This document shows, piece by piece, positions 38,126-46,757 of a stretch of DNA of 64,000 nucleotides. Positions within the stretch are counted from its first letter, which is position 1, and every line of letters begins with the position of its first letter. Origin of the DNA: a bacterium (GTDB lineage: Bacteria > T1Sed10-126); assembly GCA_003554945.1 (NCBI GenBank), contig PWHN01000099.1, positions 9,289 through 73,288 on the forward strand, written 5' to 3'. A program made the translations under genes and the position numbers. A model generated the notes under the pieces. It was not told the DNA's origin, ran no database searches, and saw only the letters and a program-made list of their open reading frames with translations.

Positions 38126-39088
38126 ATGAAAGTAACTTTTTCTTCTGAACAGCCGCTTGAAATTGAAGCGCCTGACCCCGAGCAGAAGCTGGGAGATTAT
38201 ATCGATTTTGTAAATAAAAAATTAAGCGATGTAAACCGGTTTATTTTTTCTGCCGAGGTCGACGGCGAACAAATTACAGAAGAACGCTGCCGGCAGAAAT
38301 GTGATTCGTTTGAAGAATTAAAGCTGGAAGCCCGCTCTTTCGAAGAGATGACCATCGACACCATTGGCCGCTTAGGAGCTTATTGCCAGGAATACCTGGC
38401 TAAACTTCCACAGGTCATTGACGAGTGGAAAAAAAAGAGCGACGAAGAGAAAAATGCATTGCGTCGTCAAGTGCTTGAAGCTATAAATCTGGCCGGTAAG
38501 GTTCTGGACTCGATTGATGATTTTCTTGACGTCGCAGTGGAAGAACATGACACAATAAAAAGCAGAACAGAAAAATTGGCGGGGCAGTTTCGTGAGGCAG
38601 GGAGAGAAGAATTGAAGTCCTTGCTAACAGAGCAGGGGAGCGAATATTTTTCTGAATTATTTGACCACCTCAGAGCTGTACTGGATTACGTTGACGGGCA
38701 AAAAGATGCTGAGTCAGACCAGCTTTCACGTCTGGGCCGCCAGCTCGATGAACTGCACGAAGAACTAACCAACCTTATTAATAAATTCCAGGGCGGGGAT
38801 ATTGCCGACGCTTACGACCAATTGACTGATCGAGCTACTGAAATAGATGAATTGCTTGCTGTTATCGGCGGGTTGGACAAGACTGGTTTCCTCAAACGTA
38901 ATTTCACACCGGAAACTCAGGACGAATTAAGTCAGGCCCATACAGAACTTCACCGCGGTCTCACCGAATTACTTCAGGCCGTGGAGGAGCGCGATCCGAT
39001 AATGGTCTGCGACATACTTGAGTATGAGTTTTTACCCTACCTTGAATCTCTCCAAAAACTCTTTGGCAGCGTCGACGAAGCGGAATAG
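38126..39088 (+). CDS. Hypothetical acidic coiled-coil protein embedded in the flagellin array
   Basis: 320-aa ORF with no recognisable motif. It sits between flagellins 3 and 4 and lacks the CsrA-type leader. Confidence 0.5.
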   Translation: MKVTFSSEQPLEIEAPDPEQKLGDYIDFVNKKLSDVNRFIFSAEVDGEQITEERCRQKCDSFEELKLEARSFEEMTIDTIGRLGAYCQEYLAKLPQVIDEWKKKSDEEKNALRRQVLEAINLAGKVLDSIDDFLDVAVEEHDTIKSRTEKLAGQFREAGREELKSLLTEQGSEYFSELFDHLRAVLDYVDGQKDAESDQLSRLGRQLDELHEELTNLINKFQGGDIADAYDQLTDRATEIDELLAVIGGLDKTGFLKRNFTPETQDELSQAHTELHRGLTELLQAVEERDPIMVCDILEYEFLPYLESLQKLFGSVDEAE

Positions 39089-39093
39089 ATCGC

Positions 39094-39122
39094 TAAAGAA
39101 TTTTTTTAATCAAACCGATAAT
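39094..39122 (+). promoter_or_regulatory. Sigma28 (FliA)-type promoter candidate for flagellin 4
   Basis: TAAAGAAT-N13-CCGATAAT, against the consensus TAAAGTTT-N11-GCCGATAA. Confidence 0.4.
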
Positions 39123-39172
39123 ATAACTCAAAGCTAAGTACTATACCTCAATAAAACTATGTTCTCTGACAA

Positions 39173-39208
39173 TTAAATACGGCCGGTGTGACGTTTCCTC
39201 TCCCGGAG
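39173..39208. repeat. Upstream arm of the inverted repeat bracketing flagellin gene 4 (partner at 40298-40331)
   Basis: aaatacggccggtg is a perfect 14-nt core. An imperfect extension CCTCTCCCGGAG matches CCTCTCGCCGGTG in the partner arm. Confidence 0.6.
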
Positions 39209-39273
39209 TTGTTCTTTTTTTAGCATTTATTTATCTTTTTTATCCTTTTTGGAACAGCTCTCTGCTGTTCCAA

Positions 39274-39313
39274 TCGAATCAAGGACGATTCGATTACACT
39301 CCATAGAGGGAGG
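39274..39313 (+). promoter_or_regulatory. 5'UTR hairpin tcgaatc-AAGGAC-gattcga plus SD agagggagg for flagellin 4
   Basis: Same module again. It is preceded by another palindrome, ggaacagctctctgctgttcc (39251-39271). Confidence 0.6.
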
Positions 39314-39321
39314 CATGTACT

Positions 39322-40290
39322 ATGTCAGAACTTTTTCGTATTCAGAATAACATTGCCGCTCAGTTTGCACAGCGGCAACTTAACCGCTCTGATTCTACAT
39401 TAAACGAAGCCCAGGAAAGGCTTTCCAGTGGTTACAGAATTAACACCGCCTCGGACGATGCTGCCGGTCTTGCTATTTCGGAACGACTGCGAATGGCAGA
39501 CCGAGGCCTCGGTCAGGCGGAGAGAAACGCACAGGACGCTATTTCAGTTCTGCAGACCGCCGAAGGAGGCCTGGAAACTATTGGCGATAACCTTCAGCGG
39601 ATGCGCGAACTGGCCGTTCAAGCGGCTAACGACAGCCTGACCTGGGATGACCGGAGGTTGATCCAGACTGAGGTTGATCAGCTGGTCGAGGAGATCGATC
39701 GTAGTGCCTCGAGCGTGCAGTTCAACCAGCGACAGCTTCTTAAGAACGACTTTGGAACTGTCGACGCGTCTGGTGAAACTGAAGAAGGTTCGGGATCATT
39801 AGTCTTTCACGTCGGGGCTAACCGGGATGAAGTCATGGAGATTACAACCGATGAACTGCGAACCATGACTTCGGTTAACCTTGGTCTCCGACTCACGGAA
39901 GACCGGAATGAGATCATTGAATATCCCGGCGGTACTCTCTTGTATGGCCCCGACGATCAGTATTATGCTCTCAGTCTTTACCGGGACTCAGCCGGTAATT
40001 TGGATCGTAATGCTGCTGAATCCGCTATCGAGCGGATTACCCGGGCCATTGACCAGGTTTCAGACTCGAGAGCACGAATTGGTGCTGTTCAGAACCGTGT
40101 TGAGTCTACTATTGACTTCCTGCAACTTCAGCAGGAGAACACGCAGGCTTCTGAAAGCAGAATTCGTGACGCTGATTTGGCGGAAGAGTCCGTCCGACGG
40201 ACTCAAGCCGACATCCTGATGCAGGCCGGTACTTCCGTGCTTGCCCAGGCTAATCAGCAGCCTCAACTGGCATTACAGTTGTTGGCTTAG
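39322..40290 (+). CDS. fliC: Flagellin (paralog 4, 322 aa, divergent with a central insert)
   Basis: LSSGYRINTASDDAAGLAISERL and a C-terminal ADILMQAGTSVLAQANQQPQLALQLLA. Confidence 0.85.
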   Translation: MSELFRIQNNIAAQFAQRQLNRSDSTLNEAQERLSSGYRINTASDDAAGLAISERLRMADRGLGQAERNAQDAISVLQTAEGGLETIGDNLQRMRELAVQAANDSLTWDDRRLIQTEVDQLVEEIDRSASSVQFNQRQLLKNDFGTVDASGETEEGSGSLVFHVGANRDEVMEITTDELRTMTSVNLGLRLTEDRNEIIEYPGGTLLYGPDDQYYALSLYRDSAGNLDRNAAESAIERITRAIDQVSDSRARIGAVQNRVESTIDFLQLQQENTQASESRIRDADLAEESVRRTQADILMQAGTSVLAQANQQPQLALQLLA

Positions 40291-40297
40291 AAAGAAT

Positions 40298-40331
40298 TTT
40301 CACCGGCGAGAGGTTCGCCACCGGCCGTATT
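40298..40331. repeat. Downstream arm of the flagellin-4 inverted repeat
   Basis: ttcaccggcgagaggttcgccaccggccgtattt, starting 8 nt after the stop. Confidence 0.6.
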
Positions 40332-40415
40332 TCTTTCCTTATTTTCGCCTTTTCGCTATACTTACAGACCACCGATTACCGATCACCGAATACTGACACA
40401 GAAGGAGCCTTTAGT

Positions 40416-42023
40416 TTGCAATATCCGACTCAAATTATTAAAACCGTTGTTAATAATTTCAAAAATCAATATCCAGAAATTGAGCAAATTCCCGCCGGTA
40501 TAGAACCGCCACCCGAAACAGAAACCGGGGATCTGGCCGTTGCCTTACCAATGCGAGCAGCCGGTGCTCTTCAGCGCTCCCCCCGGGAAATTGCCACCGA
40601 GCTGTCAGAAATGCTAAAGCAACGCTCTGAACTCAAATCGGTTGAAGTGGCCGGTCCCGGTTTTGTTAATTGTACCTTCACTGATTCTTTTCTCTTAAAA
40701 AGCGTTGCGAAGATTATCGAACAACAAACGGTAGAATTTCCTGAACCTGGTTCAAACAAACGGGTGCTGATAGAATTTGTTAGTGCTAACCCGACCGGAC
40801 CGTTGCACGTGGGCCACGGTCGCGGGGCTATCTATGGCGACGTGCTCGCCCGTTTGTTTGAAGTCTTTGGCTATCAGGTTGAGCGGGAGTATTACGTCAA
40901 TGACGGTGGTTCTCAAATTGAGCGGCTCGCCGAAAGTATGCTCTTGCGGTCCCGGCAGGCAGAGGGCGAAGCTGTGGAATTATCCGAGGACCACTACCGG
41001 GGCGACTATTTAAAAGAAATAGTCGCTGATTCTGGTATTAGTCCCGGGGATTCTATTGAAACAGTTGCCCGCCGGGGAAAAGAGGAAATAATTGCCTGGA
41101 TTTTTTCGACCCTTGAACGGTTCCGGATAAATTTTGACAACACTGTTTATGAATCTGAAGTGGCACCTCCAGAGGCGGTAGGTGAGCTGGTCAAACGTCT
41201 GGAAGCGGAGGGGCTGGTTCGCCGGGAAGACGGCGCTACTTACTTGTCCACCTCGAAGCTGGGCGACGATAAGGACCGCGTGCTCATACGCAGCAACGGT
41301 GAGCCGACATACTTTGCCAATGACCTGGTCTATCATCTGGACAAGTATAACCGGGGAGCTGATCAGTTTATAGATATCTGGGGGCACGACCATCACGGCT
41401 ATCAGCAGCGCCTTCGCTCGGGATTACAGGCGCTGGGCTGCGCTACTGAACGGTTGGAGATCGAGCTCTATCAGCTCGTCGACCTTTACCGTGGAGGTGA
41501 GCCGCTGCAGATGTCTACCCGCCGGGGTGAATTTGTCACTCTGGACGAGTTGATTGATGAAGTCGGGGTGGACGCTGTTCGTTTTAACTTTTTGACTAAA
41601 AATCATAACAGTCCGCTTGATTTTGATATTGAGGTCGCCACCTCGCAGAGCGAGGACAATCCCGTCTATTACGTTCAATACGCTCACACCCGCCTGGCCG
41701 GCATTCTACGAAAAGCCGACGGGCAGTTTGACGACGTTGAACCGGAGGATAGTCTCTCCGAAGCTGGCCACAGACTGGTCTTCAAAGCGCTCGGGTTTGT
41801 TCCCTTCCTGCAACAGACTCTGGCCGGCCGTGAACCGCATCGTATAACCTTCTGGCTTCGAGAGTTGGCCCGCCATTTTCATACCTATTATACTGCGCAT
41901 CGGGTTGTTGACCCGTCGGCGCCGGCGATTAGTGCCCGCCGGCTGGAGCTGGTTAAATTTCTCAAAATAATCTTTAAGACCGGCCTGGACCTGCTCGACG
42001 TTAATGCGCCGGAGCGCATGTGA
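40416..42023 (+). CDS. argS: Arginine--tRNA ligase
   Basis: Class-I HIGH region (ANPTGPLHVGHGRGAIYGDVLARL), the ArgS anticodon-binding C-terminus, and ...QMSTRRGEFVTLDELIDE replacing KMSKS as in ArgS. Confidence 0.9.
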   Translation: MQYPTQIIKTVVNNFKNQYPEIEQIPAGIEPPPETETGDLAVALPMRAAGALQRSPREIATELSEMLKQRSELKSVEVAGPGFVNCTFTDSFLLKSVAKIIEQQTVEFPEPGSNKRVLIEFVSANPTGPLHVGHGRGAIYGDVLARLFEVFGYQVEREYYVNDGGSQIERLAESMLLRSRQAEGEAVELSEDHYRGDYLKEIVADSGISPGDSIETVARRGKEEIIAWIFSTLERFRINFDNTVYESEVAPPEAVGELVKRLEAEGLVRREDGATYLSTSKLGDDKDRVLIRSNGEPTYFANDLVYHLDKYNRGADQFIDIWGHDHHGYQQRLRSGLQALGCATERLEIELYQLVDLYRGGEPLQMSTRRGEFVTLDELIDEVGVDAVRFNFLTKNHNSPLDFDIEVATSQSEDNPVYYVQYAHTRLAGILRKADGQFDDVEPEDSLSEAGHRLVFKALGFVPFLQQTLAGREPHRITFWLRELARHFHTYYTAHRVVDPSAPAISARRLELVKFLKIIFKTGLDLLDVNAPERM

Positions 42024-43516
42024 AAAAGGAACGCTTTCTCCGTCGGCTGCGGCAGCAGAAAAAAACACTGGGCCGGACTGAACTATATTCCCTGTTTCAA
42101 TACCACCTTTTGATTCGTCAGTGGGATAATTATCCACGCTTTAAATTCCAACCAAAGCCGCCGCCGGCTAAAGTTGAAAATATGCTTGTCGTTCAGCTCA
42201 GCTCTATTGGTGACGTTACCTGCACAATCCCGGCCCTCTTTGCTCTTAAGGAGCGCTTCCCGGCCGCGGAGTTGCATTTTTTGACCGAAGCTGAATCTAC
42301 CGTTGGCGTGCTAAATCATCCGGCTATAGATAAACTCTGGACTTTACCTGCGGAGAGTTGGATTGGACTGCTGAAATCAGGTCAAAAACAAAATTTTGTT
42401 TCTGAACTGCGCGCCTGGCTTCATCAATTGAAAAAGCAGCGGTTTGATTTTTTACTTAATCTGCACAGCTCGCCGCTCTCCGCTCTAATTGGTAATCTGC
42501 TCGACCCGGACAGCTACTCTGGTTGCCTGATCGATAATAATCTACAGCCGGTTGTAATCGGCAGTCCGCATCAGTTTGCCCGCTATCTGGATCAGCCACC
42601 GCCCGTGCACACTCTGGGAGCCACCTGTCTTTACGCTGACGCTGTTCCCGAAAAGATGCAGTTTTATCGTCGTCAAGACGATAAAATAGAAAACAAAGTG
42701 GAAGAAATTTTTGCAAATAAACATCAGGACAATCGCCCGCACGTCTTGATAAATACAGGCTCCCGCATGAAGGGGCGTGTCTGGCCGCCCGACCACTGCT
42801 CGCAGGTGGTTGAGCAGTTGCTGGAAGCAGGCTGTGAAGTCGGTTTGATCGGTGGCCCCAGTGATTTTGAACGACTTGAGAAAATAGACAAACAAATTAA
42901 AAATCCACGTTTAATTAGCTGGTATAAAATTAACGATAGCTTGCTTGCGGACTTACACCTGTCTGACCAAGCTAACCTAACTGTTACTACTGATTCGGGT
43001 CCCCAGCACCTGATATCCGCCCGGGATAACCGCTGCTTGGTTTTGGCCGGAGACATCTGGGTTGGCCCCTGGACGGACCGCAGCTTAACGTTACAATCTA
43101 CTGAAAAGAAGATTGGGAGTTTGCCGGTAGAATTAATTGTTCAAACGGTCCTGGCACAATTGGAGCATGGTGAGCCCCCACAGCCCGGGGCAGGCGTTGA
43201 TTTGTTTCGCGGAGTAGGAGGGCGAAGCTTCTGGTTTCGTAACATACCGGTTGGTCAGAAAAGTTCGAATGAAACAAAAATGCGGCGCTGGCTTAAAAAG
43301 ATTTATCTTTACTCACTGCTGGAACAGGTCGGCAGCAGCCTGGGTTGGAAAGGGCTGGGGGAGTCCCCCCTGGAGCACCTGGAGGAATTATACGAGCTAT
43401 ACTGGTCGGTCGAGAAGCCTGATATACCTTACCCGAAAATTGATCAAGTGCTGCCCCCGGGACTATCTTTTCTGGCGGAAGATTACGAACTTAAATGGAG
43501 TTATGAAGATGGCTAA
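42020..43516 (+). CDS. GT9-family glycosyltransferase (heptosyltransferase-like) with a C-terminal extension
   Basis: MLVVQLSSIGDVTCTIPALFALKERFPAAELHFLTE is typical of the GT9 N-terminus. Its start overlaps the argS stop. Confidence 0.6.
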   Translation: MKKERFLRRLRQQKKTLGRTELYSLFQYHLLIRQWDNYPRFKFQPKPPPAKVENMLVVQLSSIGDVTCTIPALFALKERFPAAELHFLTEAESTVGVLNHPAIDKLWTLPAESWIGLLKSGQKQNFVSELRAWLHQLKKQRFDFLLNLHSSPLSALIGNLLDPDSYSGCLIDNNLQPVVIGSPHQFARYLDQPPPVHTLGATCLYADAVPEKMQFYRRQDDKIENKVEEIFANKHQDNRPHVLINTGSRMKGRVWPPDHCSQVVEQLLEAGCEVGLIGGPSDFERLEKIDKQIKNPRLISWYKINDSLLADLHLSDQANLTVTTDSGPQHLISARDNRCLVLAGDIWVGPWTDRSLTLQSTEKKIGSLPVELIVQTVLAQLEHGEPPQPGAGVDLFRGVGGRSFWFRNIPVGQKSSNETKMRRWLKKIYLYSLLEQVGSSLGWKGLGESPLEHLEELYELYWSVEKPDIPYPKIDQVLPPGLSFLAEDYELKWSYEDG

Positions 43517-45203
43517 TATAAACCAACAGCTAAAACCGGCTGAGGAACTGGGGCAAAAACTAAAACAGGCGGGGGTCAAGAAAAAAGAACTATCCGTTCT
43601 GAGTCAAATTTCAGCACGGACTCCACAGGCAGGTTATAGAAGCGCGGAGGCAACCGCCGGTGTTGAGGCTCTAAAGACTCCTTTGCTGGTCTTTTGCGGT
43701 GTTGAAAATTTTCCTTTGATGCAGACCAGTGACCCTCGAGCGCGCATGAGTTCCGTGGTTCTGGTCGAGCCCGAGCTTGATTATTTTAAAGATTTTCTTG
43801 AAAATTTCGATCTGCTTTCTCTTCTGCGTGAACGGACTGTTTTTATTGTGCTCGGAGATCGTGTTGATCGCTTGGGCGACGAGCTTGAGTGCTTGTTTGG
43901 TCTTGCTGCCAGCAATGAAGTCTGTACTGTCAAACCTATTCCCTCCCGCTCATCGCAGTTTAATGAGGCCCTGGACAGCTTTGAGAAGTTCAAGCAGATA
44001 TCGAGCAGTAACATTGATACAATGGATAAGTTTCTTGAAGACTGGCATCTTAATTTTGCCGCTAATCTACCCCGGTATTTAAGCGAAAAAAATCTCCGCT
44101 CTCTCGAAGGTGCTCTGTCCGGTCAGACGGCTCTCCTTATTGGTCCCGGGCCGACCCTTGAGAAACGGCGTCCCTATATTGAAAAATTAAAAGACAGACC
44201 CGTTATTGCTCTCGATACAGCTCTGCCCACCCTGATTAATATAGGTGTTGAGCCTGATTTTGTGGTCAGTGTTGACGTCGGCGAGAGCAACCTGAAATAC
44301 TTGCGTGAAATACCTGACTCTACTGCACTTGTCGCTCCCGCTTATATGCGTCCCGACGTGCTGGAAAGAGCTGCGGAAAATTATCTTTTTGAACCTAACT
44401 TTCCGCCCGCCACCTGGCTGACGCCGGAGCTCGACTCGCCCGGTTTTCTTGCCGTCTCCGGGACGGTAGCCGTCACGGCCATTGACCTCGTCAGGCTGCT
44501 TGCCCCGGCCGAATGTTTTATGATCGGGGTTGACCTTAGCTATCCCGATGCTCTTGCTGTTAGTCGCCTCAGCCCTGTTTACAACGACTATGTTTCTAAA
44601 CTCAATCGCTTCAAGACGCTGCCCGCCCAGAATCTGGCTAAAATATCTGAAAAAGAGCCCATTACCGTTGAGGTTGACGGAGAAAATTTATTGACTTCGG
44701 TCCCGTTTTATCGCTGGAGGCGTTTTTTTGATTATCTGATCGGTGAGATGGAGACAAAATTTTATCGTGACACAAAATTAGTCCTGCCGGTGGAAAATAC
44801 ACACCCTTTCCCCCCGCTGACCAGCCTTGAAGAAAACGCAGAGTCTGAACTTAAAGTAAAATCTTTTAGCTCAAAAACGGATGTATCATCCCTGAAGCGT
44901 CGCCTGAAGCAATTTGAGCAAGATTTACGTCAGCTTGAAATGGATCTTAAACCACTGGCGGTCTTTCAGCAGCGGAACGAGGAGATGTTTCTCAATCGCT
45001 GGCTTCAGTTCACACGTTTGCTGGTAGCTTTTGATGAAGTGGTCCGTTACTTTCACTGGGAAGTGGACCGTTTAACACGGGAACTGCAGGAAATAAACTC
45101 TGAAAATAAGCTGGCGTTTTTTCAGCGCCAGTACGAACGGTGGAAAAAATTGATTACTCAGACACGCAAAGGAGTTGAACAGGGTTTAAATTCCCTCGAA
45201 TGA
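43503..45203 (+). CDS. DUF115 / Maf-like (motility-accessory-factor, MptE-like) protein, a putative flagellin glycan transferase
   Basis: GQTALLIGPGPTLEKRRPYIEKLKDRPVIALDTALPTLINIGVEPDFVVSVD matches the DUF115 Rossmann core. The ATG at 43503 overlaps the GT9 stop; the longer 43251 start would run through the GT9 gene in another frame and was rejected. Confidence 0.55.
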   Translation: MKMANINQQLKPAEELGQKLKQAGVKKKELSVLSQISARTPQAGYRSAEATAGVEALKTPLLVFCGVENFPLMQTSDPRARMSSVVLVEPELDYFKDFLENFDLLSLLRERTVFIVLGDRVDRLGDELECLFGLAASNEVCTVKPIPSRSSQFNEALDSFEKFKQISSSNIDTMDKFLEDWHLNFAANLPRYLSEKNLRSLEGALSGQTALLIGPGPTLEKRRPYIEKLKDRPVIALDTALPTLINIGVEPDFVVSVDVGESNLKYLREIPDSTALVAPAYMRPDVLERAAENYLFEPNFPPATWLTPELDSPGFLAVSGTVAVTAIDLVRLLAPAECFMIGVDLSYPDALAVSRLSPVYNDYVSKLNRFKTLPAQNLAKISEKEPITVEVDGENLLTSVPFYRWRRFFDYLIGEMETKFYRDTKLVLPVENTHPFPPLTSLEENAESELKVKSFSSKTDVSSLKRRLKQFEQDLRQLEMDLKPLAVFQQRNEEMFLNRWLQFTRLLVAFDEVVRYFHWEVDRLTRELQEINSENKLAFFQRQYERWKKLITQTRKGVEQGLNSLE

Positions 45204-45224
45204 CAGATTTTTACTTGACAATAG

Positions 45225-45253
45225 CTTTTTTTGTAAGTATATTTAGTTAGCTC
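45225..45253 (+). promoter_or_regulatory. Sigma70-like promoter (TTGACA-N17-TATATT)
   Basis: TTGACA at 45225-45230 and TATATT at 45248-45253, about 80 nt upstream of the CBS-HTH gene. Confidence 0.4.
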
Positions 45254-45331
45254 TTAGACATTCCTGCCATTACTGTTGTATCAGAGTTAATTTATTCTTC
45301 TCTTCGGACGAGGGAAATCCAACTGAAGCCT

Positions 45332-46063
45332 ATGCAAATAAATAGCCCGGACGAGCTTATGGGACTCTTTTTCAAGCATCGAATTAATGAGCTCCCCGTA
45401 GTTGATGAGGGGGAAGTTCGAGGTAGTATTAAGAAGAATGATCTGGTCGGTCGGCTCCGGAAGACAGACCAGTTTTCCCGCGATGTGGTTAAGATTATAG
45501 ACGATCTTCTTAAACCGGCCGACAAAAAGACGCTGGATAGATTGCGGGCCAAACTTAAACGTGGTGAGATTAGCGGTATACCGGTTATTAATCCCGCTGG
45601 TAAGATTCAGCGTGTTATCACGCCCGGTATTTTGCAGGCTGAGGCCAGGGCGGGTAAGTTTTTAGATCAGACTGAACAGTGTGCAGTCTTTGAAAAATTA
45701 CTGGCCGGTTTTCCTTTCCCGATTAAACTGGAGGAAAACGGGCAGGAAATTTTTGTGAATAAAGCTTTTGAATCGAAAAAATTGGAGTCGGACGGGCTAA
45801 ACTGGGAAAAAGTTGAATTTGAAGAGGGAAAATACTCCATAAATATTTTCATGCCCGCGGCCGTTTTCTCTTTACATCAGGCTTTCAATTCAATCGCTAA
45901 CGCTGGCAGTTTTGATTTAAGAGAACTGCTGGAAGAAATTGAATTGAACTTACTTGAGCAGGCGCAGCAGAACGCTGAGACTGTTAAAGAGGCGGCCCGA
46001 ATGGTTGGGCTGCCCAGGCAGACCTACAATTATCGTCTCAACAAAGACAGGAAGGACAGCTAA
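45332..46063 (+). CDS. CBS-domain protein with a C-terminal Fis-type HTH
   Basis: CBS-like INELPVVDEGEVRGSIKKNDL and ISGIPVINPAGKIQRVIT. C-terminal KEAARMVGLPRQTYNYRLNK resembles the HTH_8/Fis helix-turn-helix. Confidence 0.55.
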   Translation: MQINSPDELMGLFFKHRINELPVVDEGEVRGSIKKNDLVGRLRKTDQFSRDVVKIIDDLLKPADKKTLDRLRAKLKRGEISGIPVINPAGKIQRVITPGILQAEARAGKFLDQTEQCAVFEKLLAGFPFPIKLEENGQEIFVNKAFESKKLESDGLNWEKVEFEEGKYSINIFMPAAVFSLHQAFNSIANAGSFDLRELLEEIELNLLEQAQQNAETVKEAARMVGLPRQTYNYRLNKDRKDS

Positions 46064-46161
46064 CATCGAAAATTTTCCCAACTGGCACGAGTGGCTGCAA
46101 GAGGTAAAAGACAGCGGTGGTATTAATTTTGACTGGCTGGAAAAATACTTTCCCCTTGAAA

Positions 46162-46757
46162 AAATGGAGGATAGCCAGGAAATTGAAGCGCTTCGCTATT
46201 CACTTCAGTCATGTCAGTCGCCACTGGTCTGTCTGGAAGATGAGACTCGCCAGTTCTTTGCTTTAAATCCACGGGATAGCTGGGAGGTTTTTGAATTTAC
46301 CGGCAGTGGTGAGGAGCGAGAGATCGCCCGGTTCTTACGTTACTTAATAAATACTGAAAAAATTGTTTCGGCTGCGATTGAGAGTAGGGGAAGGGGGAAC
46401 TATTATTCTGTTGATCCCCTGATTTATAGCGCCGAATATTGGCTTAATCGGGTTTGCCCTGAAGAATTTTCTGTTCATGATAGCGATAAATTTAAATTAG
46501 CTCTGCTCCTTTTTATGAGACCTCGGCGCGAGCAGATTTTTGAATTGATCGGCCGGCTTGATAATTCATCCCGGCCCGGTTTTGTCGGGGGCAACATTGC
46601 TGTTATTACTCCGTTTAACGATAGATCTGAGCTGCGTAAAATCGCCAGGAAAATTGGTCGTGATTTAGAGATCAAAGGAACACGTAACTGGGTTTTAGGC
46701 GAAGAAATCCAAAATACTCACGAGTTAAAAAGTAGAGTGAAGAAATATAATGACTGA
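46162..46757 (+). CDS. Hypothetical protein (start uncertain)
   Basis: The ORF is open from 45954 but overlaps the previous gene for 110 nt. The first in-frame ATG after that gene's stop is at 46162. No motif recognised. Confidence 0.35.

Noticed and set aside
43251-43502. Upstream extension of the Maf-like ORF
   Set aside because: It runs through the 3' end of the GT9 gene in another frame. The ATG at 43503 gives a sensible N-terminus overlapping the GT9 stop.
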